Below, in pieces: positions 1 to 13,507 of a stretch of 63,483 nt of DNA. The stretch lies in assembly GCA_035221665.1 (NCBI GenBank), contig CM069132.1, positions 61,876,001 to 61,939,483 on the forward strand, written 5' to 3'. Position numbers and translations under genes: made by a program. Origin of the DNA: Okamejei kenojei (Eukaryota). The notes beneath the pieces were generated by a model. The model saw only the letters and a list, made by a program, of their open reading frames with translations. It ran no database searches and was not told the DNA's origin. Every line of letters starts with the position of its first letter. The stretch's first letter is position 1.

Positions 1-1397
1 AAAATGACATATGACAGCGGTTGGCTGCTCGCCGTTATCTTTATTTTTTGTAATTCTAGTTTATTTTGCAAAACACTGAAATGTATTAAAAGGCTGGAAT
101 ATGCACCACAGATGTGGTGTTTTTTTACATTAAGCATTTAGATTTTGAAATGTAGCACCAATTCTTTTACGAGCAATCGGATGCTGTTTTATTAAATGTG
201 AAATCGACATTTGCTTAACATTTGTATATAATTTATATTTATCAATTTGACTAAAGTGGGGTAAATATGCATGTCCATGTTGAGAGAGCGCACAATTGGA
301 AATCATGTTGAAAAAGTAATGAAGGTGCTTTCTCTTGAGGGCGAACTTCGTTGGGTATTCAAGCCGAAAACTAAAACACCTGCAAAGTATTGTAATATTG
401 TTCGTTTCATGTACGTAATAAGCAACCATTAAAGCTGGATAACATTCATATCTGTCTACATACATTGGTACGTTTTTCTTTAGTTTGTTTTCTGGAAGCC
501 AAGGCATTCATTATCAAATTTCGGACAATACAATTACAATTATCTTTCCCTTGGCACGGGCTATAGTCATTTCACATTGATAATCGCATGCTCAAATGGG
601 AACAATTAGCCAATATGTCAAAAATTGTATTGGTTAGTACTTTATTCAGCAAAAATAACTCTCTTTGGGAAATTTTGTGAATCAAAACTCTCGGTTTGGC
701 CAATAACCGACAACATTTGTTTGGGTACATAGGGGCGTACATTAGAAACAATTGCATTACATTGCAGTTGTATTATAATATCTTTAATGCCGATTTTCAT
801 TCTGTTTTCCTGTTTGTTTCCTGGCTTTGAACTTCTGTTGCGCCGTGGACGTCACCTCTAACCTTGGGGGTGAAGGGATAATCAGCCCTGAAGCTTACAT
901 TCTCTGGTTAGACTCCCGCCGGAGGTGACGGGAGACCAAAACAGATTATAAGAGGTTGATCAACTACATTGGCAGAGAAACTAGCGAGACATATTCTAGT
1001 ATCATGGAAGTTTAATGTTGCGTGTGAGGTTGTTTTAATAATGAGTGATACTGGAGGTGGTTAAAGATATGTGGAAGCTTTTATATCTGCAGAAGAGGGA
1101 GTTAAGACCAGTGAAGTAGCATATTAAGGGGCTGTGGCATTCAAGGCAAATGACATGGGATCGTCTCTGTTGCTGTGGTTACTAACAGCGGGACAAATCA
1201 TAAAAAAACTTTTAATTGTAGCTATCTGTTTTTTGAATATACACCGCAGTAGATTTTATAGTCCCAATGTCATGAACGTAAACATATTTTTGAGTTTAGT
1301 TCTTCTCCCTCTTAATGTCGTTTTGCGTTCGTTCAATGTTTCTGCACTGCTGCACCAGGGAGCTATGACAATGAATTCCTCCAGTTGGACACTCAGT

Positions 1398-1411
1398 CCA
1401 CATGGTGGCGC
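1398..1411 (+). promoter_or_regulatory. Candidate CTCF site upstream of HoxA10
   Basis: CCACATGGTGGCGC, close to the CTCF core, in otherwise AT-rich DNA. Confidence 0.5.
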
Positions 1412-2977
1412 CATTTAGATCAATGTCAAAGCCGCTTTTGGGCAGCAAAATAATTATAATGAAAAATACTTTGTCGCTCTTCCAAAGTACGAGTTAAAGA
1501 GGTATGTTATTTTTTTTGAGGCAAAATAAAATAGTTCCTCTATGTTTGACAATTTAAATTCAATATTCATTGAATATCATAAAGAGCTCCAAAATATCTA
1601 ATCTTTCTAACAAAAGGTAGGTGATCTGGATCCATGTATATACGACATGGATTCTTGAATTGAGAAATGTGGCTTCACAATTATCAAAGAGCGGTTCGAC
1701 AGTGTACGTTACAATTAACGTGAGATTTGAATTCGGATGGAGTGAAAGTTATTTTTTAAACCGCTTTTGTTTCATTAAGAAAAAAAACCCTCCGGAAAAG
1801 GGAAAGTGCAGGATATTAATTTCAGAAACAGTATACTTTAATTGTCATTGAACATTGGTTAGAAAATACAATGTATTTGCTTCTTGAATAAATCACGGAC
1901 CACATTTTATATTTAGATACAATATGTGCACTATTCGATTTGCTGGTTAGGAAGAAAAGGTTTATTCCTGGAACTGGGTTGCTCATATTTGTTCTTTAAT
2001 TTATCCCTTCTGTTTTTGCTTGATATTGCATGGTTTATTTTATCAACATAATACTATCATGGGGCACCAAGTGATTTTATCTTGACGTTTGATCGGCAAT
2101 GTCAAATTTGATTTGTTTCCTCAACAACCGACGCATAATGCAGCTTTTGGAAATATATCCCCGCAATGACCATATGTATTATTCTGAACATTAACATGGC
2201 TTAAATGTGCTGAACTGTGGATCTTTGGTTTGGCACTTAAGATTCGGAGCACTTTTGCAGTTTTCCTGTTCTCTGTTCTTATGCGTTTCCCATATTTAAC
2301 GAAATAATGCGCATATATGTCTGCTTCAGAAATATCGAACAGTTCGTTGAAATGTAACAATCAAATTATGGTGGGTTTATATTTCTTAAATATTGAACGA
2401 ACATTAACAGTTCAACCGAAAAGTATAACTGACGAGATTTAATCATTTGCCCGCTTTCCTTTTTTTTTAGCGGGATAGTGTAATTTCAATTAACTGTTCG
2501 TTTTTAAATTATGACTAAAGATTTTGAAACGTTGGTGCATTTTTTCGAAAGTATATGCGATTGATTCTTTTTCGCATTACTTAATTTTGACAGTTAACGC
2601 AGAAATTAAATTAACCCATTGTTCCAAATTATACCTCTTATTTGTTGATATCCGTTGACCATTTTTTTTACGGTTAGAAAGCTAATTAGCAACTGTGCCA
2701 AGTTATGTAACATTTACCAAACCCTATTTTTATGTCGGAGCTTATTAACTAAACTAAGAATAAGTACGCGTTTGTGTGCATTTTGAAGTAAATTTCACAT
2801 GAAGTTCATACTTGCTGATCGTTCCTGTGGGAATACTGAGATTAAAATTGTCTTGTGCAGACTTGCGGTTCGGTAACGATGTCCTATAAAACTAGTTTGA
2901 CTGAACAATGTATAAACATGATATTTGTGACAAATTTTATTGCGTTAAATTATCGTAGTGGATGAAAATACTGTAGT

Positions 2978-3205
2978 NNNNNNNNNNNNNNNNNNNNNNN
3001 NNNNNNNNNNNNNNNNNNNNNNNNNNNNNNNNNNNNNNNNNNNNNNNNNNNNNNNNNNNNNNNNNNNNNNNNNNNNNNNNNNNNNNNNNNNNNNNNNNNN
3101 NNNNNNNNNNNNNNNNNNNNNNNNNNNNNNNNNNNNNNNNNNNNNNNNNNNNNNNNNNNNNNNNNNNNNNNNNNNNNNNNNNNNNNNNNNNNNNNNNNNN
3201 NNNNN
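2978..3205. other. Assembly gap (N run)
   Basis: Ns in the sequence. Confidence 1.
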
Positions 3206-5518
3206 GCATTATGGGATTGTGATAAGTTAGTAAGGGGTTTCGTTAAAACGTCAATATTCATCAATTGTTAGCAATGGAATATTTCTGTGAAAATGTTTCT
3301 TACTTACTATAACTTGAATAATGCTGCCAATCAATAGTATTCCTTTCACTTCATTCCTTTGTTTCAGATTATTTGACTAAAATGGCTACTCCCAATTATT
3401 ATCTTCACATTATTTAATGGCGTGTTATCAAGAATGTCATGAAATGCATCCCTATCAAGAATCAGTGCAACGTGAATATTTAAAGCATACCATTTGAAAG
3501 CTCCAGCAACCTTAGGCCATAGCGCCCTCTGGGTCTAGGATTGGCACTTGCACCACAGTACAATGGTCATTCATTCTGTTCTTGGTTGCTGTATAAAATG
3601 TATTCGGGCATTGCAGTACTAAATAAATTTAATAGGCAGATCCGAATTAAAAAAAACCTAAAAATAAATCTTAGTTTCTAAAGGCAATTTAAATCTTAGT
3701 ATTTGCTGCAACGATATACGCAAAATGGCAACGCTGGCCTATCTGTTAAAGAGCATATGTTTTAAAAAGAGACAATTTCAACAACCTCTTTTTTTAATCT
3801 TGGCAGGATTTGTGCTTCAGAAACTAATGCAAACCAGTTTCTAATTACTGAAATACTTGTCTTTCAATTATCATCAACTATTAACGCTTTGATTAAATAT
3901 CAAATGATTTGATAATATGTAACTGGATAAACCTCGAAAAATAAAGTGGGGAAGTAGGCATTTTCTGAGTGAGATTGCCAGTAATGTGGGACAGTGAAGG
4001 GTGAATAGATAAAGCTAGGGTGAGCTAAAAATAAACATGAGCTCGAACTCCAACTTCCCAACTTTTCGGACAATAAAACAGTCTAGACAACTCGGTTGGG
4101 CTTATCATTGTTTTAAAAAGGCCAATCTCTTCTTTTTCTATGTCTAACAAAACACTTTCCGATAATGTTCATTGTGTGCAGTTCGCTGCTTAATTGAACC
4201 AGGGCACAAATTTCCCTTTGCATAGCCTTTTGCATCAAAACATTCGCTATGTATCCAAGAAGCCGCTGCAAGCAAAATGCGAACGTATTTTAAAGTAAAT
4301 TACCGAAAGAAAGTTTACTTCTGCGATCGCAAATTGTAAAATACGAAAGAGTTTGGGCAGTCAGTTTTTTTTAATTTTTATTTGACAAGATGGGTGGGGT
4401 ACAGTAATGAAATTTACCGATTTATTCTGGAACGTGGAAGCTGTACATAAAACAGAACTAGCGTATGCACTTCATAGTTGAAGAACAGTGTGTTTGTTTT
4501 AATATGAAATGAATGTTAGGCAATGGAACGGCATTAAATTCAACATTAATACCACGAATCCTTCATTGTTTAAAGGTATCAAGTTATTGAATGAAACGTT
4601 CTCGTCAGAGTATGGGACTGATGTGAGGAATTTGTTGTAATTGTACATTTTACGCAAACTCTTTATTTTCAACGTGGTACATAACATGGACCATTTTGGT
4701 TTCTGACTCGACCCCCGCTGCGTCACCTTCACCGTGGCCTGTGCAACTGAATTGCCGCTTTTTTGTTATAAAGCTAGTGAGCTATTCTCTCAGTGTGAAA
4801 ACATAAACTCTTCAGTCGTTTTCTTAGAATCACGATTAGTAAAATGAAAATCTATTCGTCAGATTATGAAAAACGATATAAGTTAACAAAAACACAATTT
4901 CATATGAATAAAATCTGGCTCCTTATTTTAACAAAATCTATTCCTCGTAAATATGTCGTTAATTTTAAAGACACAGAGCATAATATGACTTTGCGCAATT
5001 CTGTGATTATTTGCACTTATTTTGCACGCGTAGTTTCTGCATAATTTAAGCATTCTTTATTGTAATCCTTAAAGCGAAATTAACATTAGGATTACTTAAG
5101 ACACTTTATATTAAAAGTAATCTCTCAATTCACAATAAACTATTTACTCCATTCGATCCACAAAATAAATTTAAGATAACCCATCCTATTTTTATCTGGA
5201 CTTCTTTGGAATTGTTAGATTGCTTTAGTTTATAATTGATCAAGCTTGTCGATATAAACTGTTGATAAGACCTAAATTGAAGTGTACATCGCTTTAATCT
5301 TCATTGTAAATACAAGCGCCTGATTTCACTAGTAAAAACCCTTTACCTTGCGGAATATTGCTCATTGTTCACGTTCAATGTCGATTATTCATTTGAAATC
5401 GTATAATCCAATTGCGCTTTCTTTGTTTTAGTTTTTAGAGGGAATATTGGAACATAATTCTATATAACACTAAAATAGCTGACTGAAATGAAATGAAAAT
5501 AGAACAAACGAATTAGGT

Positions 5519-5626
5519 CTCCCACGTTACAACAGGGACTGCACATCAAAAAGTACTCCATTGGCTGTAAAGCACTTTGGGACGTCCCAAGGTTGTGAAA
5601 GACGCTCTTTTCAATGCAAGTCTTTT
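5519..5626 (+). mobile_element. 5'-truncated SINE 3' tail, DeuSINE-like (SacSINE1/AmnSINE1 type)
   Basis: TTACAACAGGGACTGCACATCAAAAAGTACTCCATTGGCTGTAAAGCACTTTGGGACGTCC...GTGAAAGACGCT...AATGCAAGTCTTT closely resembles the recalled DeuSINE 3' tail consensus. Confidence 0.75.
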
Positions 5627-8600
5627 GTCTCAGTTTTAAATTGTTCGAGACATGCTTACGGAAGTCTATTTAAGCAGGCAATTGAAAAATATGGTTATTA
5701 ATATTTTTGTCATTCCAACCATTAAAAACAGTTATGCGTCTATTTCTGTTATTACTCTGCACTTCATTCAAACTTATTGTTCACTGCTGACATCCTTTGC
5801 TTTCTGGCTGGATTTCCGTTTCTCTTTCATTCAAATGCGAGTGTAAACGATGTCTTTAAATTTAAGTGTTAGACTCGCTATCTTTTAAAAAAAGAAATAA
5901 AGCATTATATCACAAACTATCCAGCAATAAATATCAGTGTTTCAATAGCAATTCCGTGGTGACAATTAACTAGATTAGTTAAATTTGTAGATTTAGAGGA
6001 TGATAAAATTTGGTGAGGTTTGATATCCTTGATTTTTAGATTTCTTGTCTGCGATTGATAGACGTTAGTTTACATTTTGATTATACACTGTGCAAAAAGT
6101 TAGTGTTGCATGGCTTTCTAATATTACCGAACAGTGTTTCTGTTTCAACGTGTTTTATTCTTTAAGTGTCCAATATAAAGAAATCAAGCCCTTTAATGCA
6201 GCGAATTTTCAGTTTTATCCATTTACCATCATTTTTTACAGTTGGTGCATTTTATTTTTAAATATCTTTACCTAAAAATGTAAGAAATAGAAATCATTTT
6301 GAAAGTAATGTGATTCCGAAGTGGTTGCTTACAACATTATTGAATACATATACAGTTAAAGGGTAACATTCTTTTCAGATTTATCTCGGAGATATAAAAT
6401 AATGATCTATTTTCAACTTCTCCAGCAATCTTAGCGAATTACAGAGAATTGTTATTACTTCTTTTTGAAAAAGCTATGTATGTTAAATCAGCGCCGTAGA
6501 TGGCAAATATTTGCCCTGGCCCCTCTACGAAAAGATTTCACTGCGCACATACAATGGCCAATACACTTGAAGGGCGAGGAGTTTTTGTTCGAAGTTCACG
6601 AAGTGTTGGATAGATTTTGTGACTGCAAACAAGAACTACATAATTATAAGCAATCTCACTCGGTGGTGTAGGTGGCGAGCATACGAGTCTTCTTCTTGGA
6701 ACTTTAGCCGGAAAACAGGGTGAAACGCACTCAGTCTGGCCTTCAGTCTTAAGTTCACGATCTAGGCTAACAACGAGCCCGAGCTCTGAGTGGGCACAGC
6801 CTGCTCAGTTTAGACATTGAAATCGCTTATTTACTTAAGAAGCACTACTTGCTCCATTGCAATCTATGCTCGTCCTTTTATAACAGACTGGACTATCTAT
6901 TATTTACCTCGTTTGTTGCAGCGTTGTAAGACGTGTGTTTATTGCTTACGCGTTGATGGAGAAATGTAGAAATCTTGCAGTACCCACGGTCGACATAGCT
7001 TGGCGCAAATAAATGTGTCCTCATTATTCTTTCTTTTGCCAAATGGAACGCATTAATGGCCATTACAAGTATTGTATAACTATGCACTTTCTAAAGCTAT
7101 TTCTTTAATTTAACTTTCCCCCCAACCATATTTCTAAAATAGGCGATAAAGCTATTTAATCTCCCCAACCTCCTCGGCATTAAACACATTTCTTAACTGT
7201 TACCAATGTCGCAATTAACAGTCACGTACACACCAGAATCTAGAAAACAAACTTATTTCCCTCAAATCCTTGCTGCTTCAATTACTTCCTGGTGTGGGCT
7301 TTTAAACATTTCACATGAGACTCACAGCTCCTCGACCCATTCCTATCCATAAAGTTGAGAAAGACCTGCAGTATCTTAGAAACAGGAGAAATCAATCCAC
7401 CATCCCCATTACAGTTTTACTGGGAAATTGGGTTATAGACGTTTAAACCTTTCCAAAAATGCACCAATAAAATTATCCAAATATGGTATCAATTTATTAA
7501 GCAATGAAACATTTGCAAAAAAAAACCAGATAAATATCATGCCTCCAACACATAAATGCGCCGCTTGTTAGCATTGCTGTACAGTAGCCTGAACCTTTAT
7601 ATATGAGACTCTGGCAGAGATGGTAATTGTTATTTTCACCCATTAAATCTTTGTCTGCTCCCATGATCATACGTGTCATTGGCTCAGAGGGATTGCAAAC
7701 GGGAATATTTTCAAAATTTTCGATAAAGAACATTCAGGTTTTTATATGATTTTTGGACGGCCGTGATAATTCTAAACAGTCGTTTGTGCTTAAATACAAG
7801 CATGCATAAGGAATCCTCCGAGACGGCCCTTTAGCAAACACGGTGCGTGTAAAGCCGGCCTTCATATCCCGCTGACTTTAACTGAAACGATATTTTAAAT
7901 AATCTGCTTTAGATTAACAACATTTTCTGAGCTTTAATCCAGCGCCAGAAGTTAAAATAACTGCAAATGGAATAATAGTACAGAGTGGCGGTGGGGAAGT
8001 GGTTGGGGGTGGGGCGGCACGGTTAACATTTTGAGTGCGGCTAAAAGATGGCTCGCAGAAAAACACAGTAATGTTAGAGATGTAATATTACATCCAAATC
8101 TAAAGACGACATTTACGGCGGCATTGCTTACTGCACTTTATTACGGAGATGGCCGATCAAAATACATACAACATGACCGACACACAGAATAGTTTCGTAT
8201 TCAGATTCCCATTGAGACATATTGAATAAATATGCCACAAATACACTGTTAAAGCCTCCCTTGACTTGGATCACAAGGGATTTATGTGTGTGCGTATGTC
8301 TGTGTGTGCGTGTATTTGGAGGGGGCTCTTATCGTTGTTGCGTTACTTTCTTTCTGCACTGATATTATGATAATAGCTGTAGATTGAGTATAATTATCTT
8401 CCACCTTAAATTCTGGATTTAAAAAGTTCACCAATCGAAGGCCCCGCTTTCTTCCATGGAAAAAGGTAAAGCATTTTCACCCCTCTGGTTTCATTTCTAA
8501 GTTATCTTTGGATGGGATGGAGTGGCATACTCTGGAGGAGGCTTCTATAGCGCGCTTAAAAAAAACTCGACCCGATTGTAGTTGAGATACTTGTAAATTT

Positions 8601-9588
8601 TGTTTAACTGCAGTGTATTCTATTTTTAAGACGATATGATGAAGTCGATTTTATAGATGTGGTAAACGATGTGTGTTCTTGGCCCAGCCAATTGAAGAAC
8701 ACATGATAAAGTATTTCGAACCAACTGTTTTCTATTTCTTGAAATTGGTATTTGGTAAGAAATTTCAAGAATTGCCACAATCCAGTCAGCCTCGCCGAGG
8801 AAATAGATGAATGGATAAAAGGAAGTGGTTGTAGAATTAGTTTGTTGAGCCCGACCTTCCACACTTAACTTACAGCGATGCATTATGTCCCATTAACTCA
8901 CTAAACTCTAAACTACAAAAAAAAGGCCAGATATACAATCACGGACTTGTATTTCAAGAGTGATTCTTCAACCCTGCGCATACAAGGAATGGCAACAGAA
9001 GTAACAATAAGGAAAGGCTCATAGTGGATCTGAATCACAGTGATCACTGTGAAACTGTTGCAGCAGGCGGCTGGGTAATTACAATCAGACCCGTGAAAGT
9101 CAAGATTACTTCTGTTTTCTTGCAAGTATCCGCCTGCAAAACTTAACGCGTGATTAAAAGTGTACAAGATAGAACTACAACTTTGTTCTTTTTATCAATT
9201 GCGTGTGCGAATAATTGGAAATATGTAAATAATTGCTACTTTGAAACAGTTAGGTAGCTTCACATTTTGCTGAAACTTGTAGTATTGAATTACAATTTTG
9301 CCCCTCTTTTATTTTATTTGAAGGACGTGATTCTAATAAAGTAGAACTGAATAAATAAAGATGCATTTAGACGTTTTTGCAGTTTACCGAACACATATGG
9401 TGACCTTATTGCCGTTCTGGTGACGTAGCCCCACCACGAAGGAGGGGCTTATGGCCAGCTGTGCCATTTGATTGGTTCGTCCCGCCTGTCGTGCTGCGGA
9501 GGTATCTCTAATCATATTCAACGTGTTTGCACAAGAAATGTCAGCCTGAACTGGATATCTTCTGCTTTCGCCAAATTACCCCACAACA

Positions 9589-10348
9589 ATGTCATGCTCA
9601 GACAGCCCGGCTGCAAACTCCTTTTTAGTAGATTCTCTGATCAGCGTGGGCCGTGGCGGGGAAGGGACCTATTACCCCAACAACAGCGTATACCTGCCGC
9701 CTGCCTCTGATCTATCATACGGCATCCAAAACTGTGGACTTTTCCCATCTCTGAGCAAACGCAGTGAGAACAACTCTCAGAGTATGGTCCTGACTTCTCA
9801 TCCCTACATGAGCGGGATGGAGGTCTGGTCAGATCCTCCCAGGTCCTGTCGCATGGAGCAACCTGCAACCCAGCAAGTAGCAGCATGTTCCTTCCCCCAG
9901 AATATCAAAGAAGAAAATGCATATTGCTTATATGATTCTGAGAAATGTCCAAAAAGCGCGGCAGCAACAGATCTTTCCACGTTTCCAAGGCTAACATCAG
10001 AATCGTGCTCCAATAGTGACACTACTACTAGCGGCGGGGTTCCTGTGCCCGGCTATTTCCGTCTGTCCCAAGCCTATCCGACAACCAAACAGACACTTTA
10101 TACCAACACTGGACAGGTTGGGGCCTCTCCGTTCGTGCCTCAGTCCCAGATCCGTTTTGGAACACCCCCTTCTTCAGCTTCGACCCCGAGTGAATTGGGG
10201 AGAAAAGGAAGCGAGGGGACATCCCCCGGCCATTTAACCTGCGGCTCGGAAAGAGAAGAGGCAGAAGCTCCGGCTTCTTCACCAAACGAAGAATCTTCAC
10301 CAGTCCATTCAGAAAGCAGCAAAAACTCTCCTGAGAAAGAAACAAAAG
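9589..10348 (+). CDS. hoxa10: Homeobox protein Hox-A10, exon 1
   Basis: ORF begins MSCSDSPAANSFLVDSLIS and contains the PG10/A10 motifs YLPPASDLSYG, QNIKEE and VPVPGYFRLSQAY. Ends at donor AAAG|GTAGGT (intron from 10349, phase 1). Confidence 0.96.
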
Positions 10349-11824
10349 GTAGGTACAAAATAGACAGTGGGCGATTTACAGAGCGAACAATCAGAAGCTA
10401 ACAATCAGAGTAGACGTGGCAGGTACAGCCAACAAGCCTAACAAAGGGGGGTTTATTTTGACCTTGTGAACTTTTTATTTTTGGGCGTGAGCTATGCTGT
10501 AAAAATTAATGCCTACTATAGTTTATAGCATGAGCCCACGCTCCGGAATCAATTGTACTCACATTCTAAACTTGTCAAATAAGTTACAAACCACGAATCC
10601 TTATTGCAGTTATGTAAGTGTACCGCATAGAAGGACATATTTGCACACAGGGTCCAAAGTAAATAAAAGAGAGCCAATGAATAATACTCAAAGGAACCCA
10701 GGAACGTTTTATGATCTAGCGCGTCTTTCCAGAAAAAAATGATGGAAATGAAAATAAGAAAAGTTTTCAAAATAATATAATATATCACTGCCATATTTTA
10801 AGACATTTGGTGCTTTTAGGTCAATGTCGATTTATTGCATATGATTTTGTTTAAACTTAGATGTTAAAAGACAGTTTTAGGGGTTGCCTAGTTTTTATTT
10901 TACTGTATTTGAAATCCATCCAGTTAACAACATGGGAGCACCACAATAAAATGATTAAAATGTCCATCGATTAGTTTAATTGTAACTCTAACGAACTTCC
11001 AAGGAAAACATTTGAGTGAGTTAGTTCAAGTGAGAAAATTGAGGAGTTGAAGAGGCTAGAGCCTTAAAAGATTGAAGACGAATACATTTCGATCTGTTGC
11101 ATTTAAAGTTATTTTCTTAAACGAAAAACTCCGCTTAATCTCATTGGATATTGTCATGGATGAAGGTAGGATTTGTTTGATGTGGAACATGGCGAGAAAT
11201 AGGACTGAAAACATAATCTTTGGACATGATAGCAGGGGGAAAGACATGCTTACTGGTGCAAACCAAATATTGAATATTGCGATAATTGCAGGAGAATGTT
11301 TCATTTTGCTATTAACCAAGCATCTTAAACCAACAACTAATATCGTTGGTATTAACCAAGCATCTTAAAAGCGAAGAATTATAAGACCCTTGAATGACGT
11401 GAAATCAATCTGACAGTGTTACTCTAAGTACAAAGGATTCTTGACAATTGTTTAAATATATCTAATGCCATTAACATACAGATTTCAAACTAATTCCATC
11501 TTCATCCTAATGGCCCTCATGGTTCATTACAATACCATATCATCCCCCCATTTCAGAAATCAGATTAAACCTTGATATCGTTCAAAATGTTATTGTTTCC
11601 ATTCCATGCGAGTATGTACCCAATGTATAGACAAAAATGGAACAATATTGTCATTGTATTAAAAGTTAAAATGTAAAATAAATGGAGAATGTAGCATTTT
11701 TAATGGTTGATATTATACCTATTTCTTGGCACAATGACATGAACACAGGTAAAACGTCCATTTTACCACTATTAAGTTATTGAAAATTATTTGACGAAAT
11801 TTTCTTTTCTCTCTCTGCTCATTT

Positions 11825-11826
<2 letters not shown>

Positions 11827-11915
<89 letters not shown>

Positions 11916-11990
11916 ATCTCGCTCTCTCTCCCTCTCTCTCCTCCCTCTCCCTCACCGCCTCTCTCTCCCTCTCTGCCTCTCCCTCTCTGC
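11827..11990. repeat. (TC)n microsatellite grading into a pyrimidine-rich tract in the HoxA10 intron
   Basis: Directly visible; pure TC repeat to ~11902, degenerate afterwards, just upstream of the exon 2 acceptor. Confidence 0.95.
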
Positions 11991-12048
11991 CTTTGCATGT
12001 CTGTTGTTTTTCTTTCCTTTGTTTTTCTATCATTTTTTTACATAATAG

Positions 12049-12323
12049 GGGAAGTGAAAGCTGAAAATGGGGCTAACTGGCTGACTGCAAAGAGTGGCAG
12101 GAAAAAACGATGCCCTTACACCAAACATCAGACCCTGGAGCTGGAGAAAGAGTTTCTTTTCAACATGTACCTGACTCGAGAGCGTCGCCTAGAGATTAGC
12201 CGCAGTGTCCACCTGACTGACAGACAGGTCAAAATCTGGTTTCAAAATCGCAGAATGAAACTCAAGAAAATGAACCGTGAGAACAGGATTCGGGAGCTCA
12301 CAGCTAACTTCAGCTTTTCATGA
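12049..12323 (+). CDS. hoxa10: Hox-A10 exon 2 (AbdB-class homeodomain)
   Basis: Pyrimidine tract and TAG acceptor ending 12048; encodes [83 protein letters not shown]. Spliced CDS 760+275=1035 nt, 344 aa. Confidence 0.97.
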
Positions 12324-13199
12324 TAAATACAGACACTGGTTTGCCTATTTACTCGGACATCGGGAAGTTGTGCTAGTGTTACTGAAAGACTAAAAACTTT
12401 TCCACTTACCTCTGACTTCTCAGCCTTGTGCTGATTGTAGATAAATGCGATTTATGTGTTTTTGTTTTTATTTGTGGCGCTAGTCTGTTTCTGTATCTAT
12501 AATAATAAGTGTTGCCAATGATAAGCAAGGCATGCACAGAAGTTGTCGTCCTATATGACGATTTTCCAAAACTGCGGAGGGATAGGATTGGGGGGGGGGG
12601 GGGGGGGGGGGTGGTGAACATGTCAACAATCATTTAATTGTGCTAGTTACCAATTATCAGCTACGTAAATCGAACATTGTAATATTTAAATACATTTAAT
12701 GCTGTTAAAAGAGTTCCAGGATGATGTTACTACCATATACCGACATGTTGATAAAAAAAGTTAAATGTGAATATGCTGTAAAGTGTGTTGTTACATAGAT
12801 ATATCACATGCCATGAATGGAAATACCATAGCACATTTAAATGTGAAACCTTGTTGAAAACATAACTAAGTAGAATGTCGGACCTTTTATTCAATGCCGT
12901 CGATTCACTTCCAAAAGAAAATAAAATCAATTAGAATTGATTCATTCTGGTTTCGAAAAGATGAAATACTCATACTGGAAAACTCAGCTCATGCTAAGAC
13001 CTATTGCTGCTGCACTCTGTACGTTAACAAAAACTTGTGTTTCCTGGAAGGTGAATAAAACGTATTTCGTCGGAGTCCAATGAGATAGGTATATGCACAT
13101 TGTTTTTACTTCATTTTGTGTTCGTTTTTTTCTTACCTTATCTGTTGAGGAAGTTTACTGCAGGAATGGTGGGTTTAAAGACTGGCAATTACCGTTGCA

Positions 13200-13507
13200 A
13201 TCTATTTAAATATTACCTAGACGGTCGTAATTTGTCTGGGCTATATAGCGATGGTGCTGTAACGTTTGTCGGCTTTTGTTGAGTTTTATGACTTGCTAGT
13301 ATATCTGGGTTGTTGCTGTCTTGGACGAGTGGTTTCAGTTCAGCGAACAGCCACGAAGACAGAGGAAGCAGAGCACCGCTCGGATGTAGGAAATTGATTT
13401 TCTTTGAACAAAATACGCACCAAATCTTTTAATCTGCAAAAATCAGAAGAGTTTGAAGAATCGAAAAATCTTAGCAGATAAAACATCTGGAAGCATTCAC
13501 ATTGAAG
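13200..13507 (+). promoter_or_regulatory. Candidate promoter and non-coding first exon upstream of mir-196/HoxA9
   Basis: Hox/Cdx-type motifs (GTCGTAAT, TTTTATGAC) and TATA-like elements just past the HoxA10 AATAAA (13054-13059), then a strong donor AAG|GTGAGA at 13507/13508. Confidence 0.5.

Noticed and set aside
11823-12048. Ser-Leu repeat N-terminus of ORF 11823..12323
   Set aside because: Translation of the intronic (TC)n microsatellite; the real exon starts at 12049.
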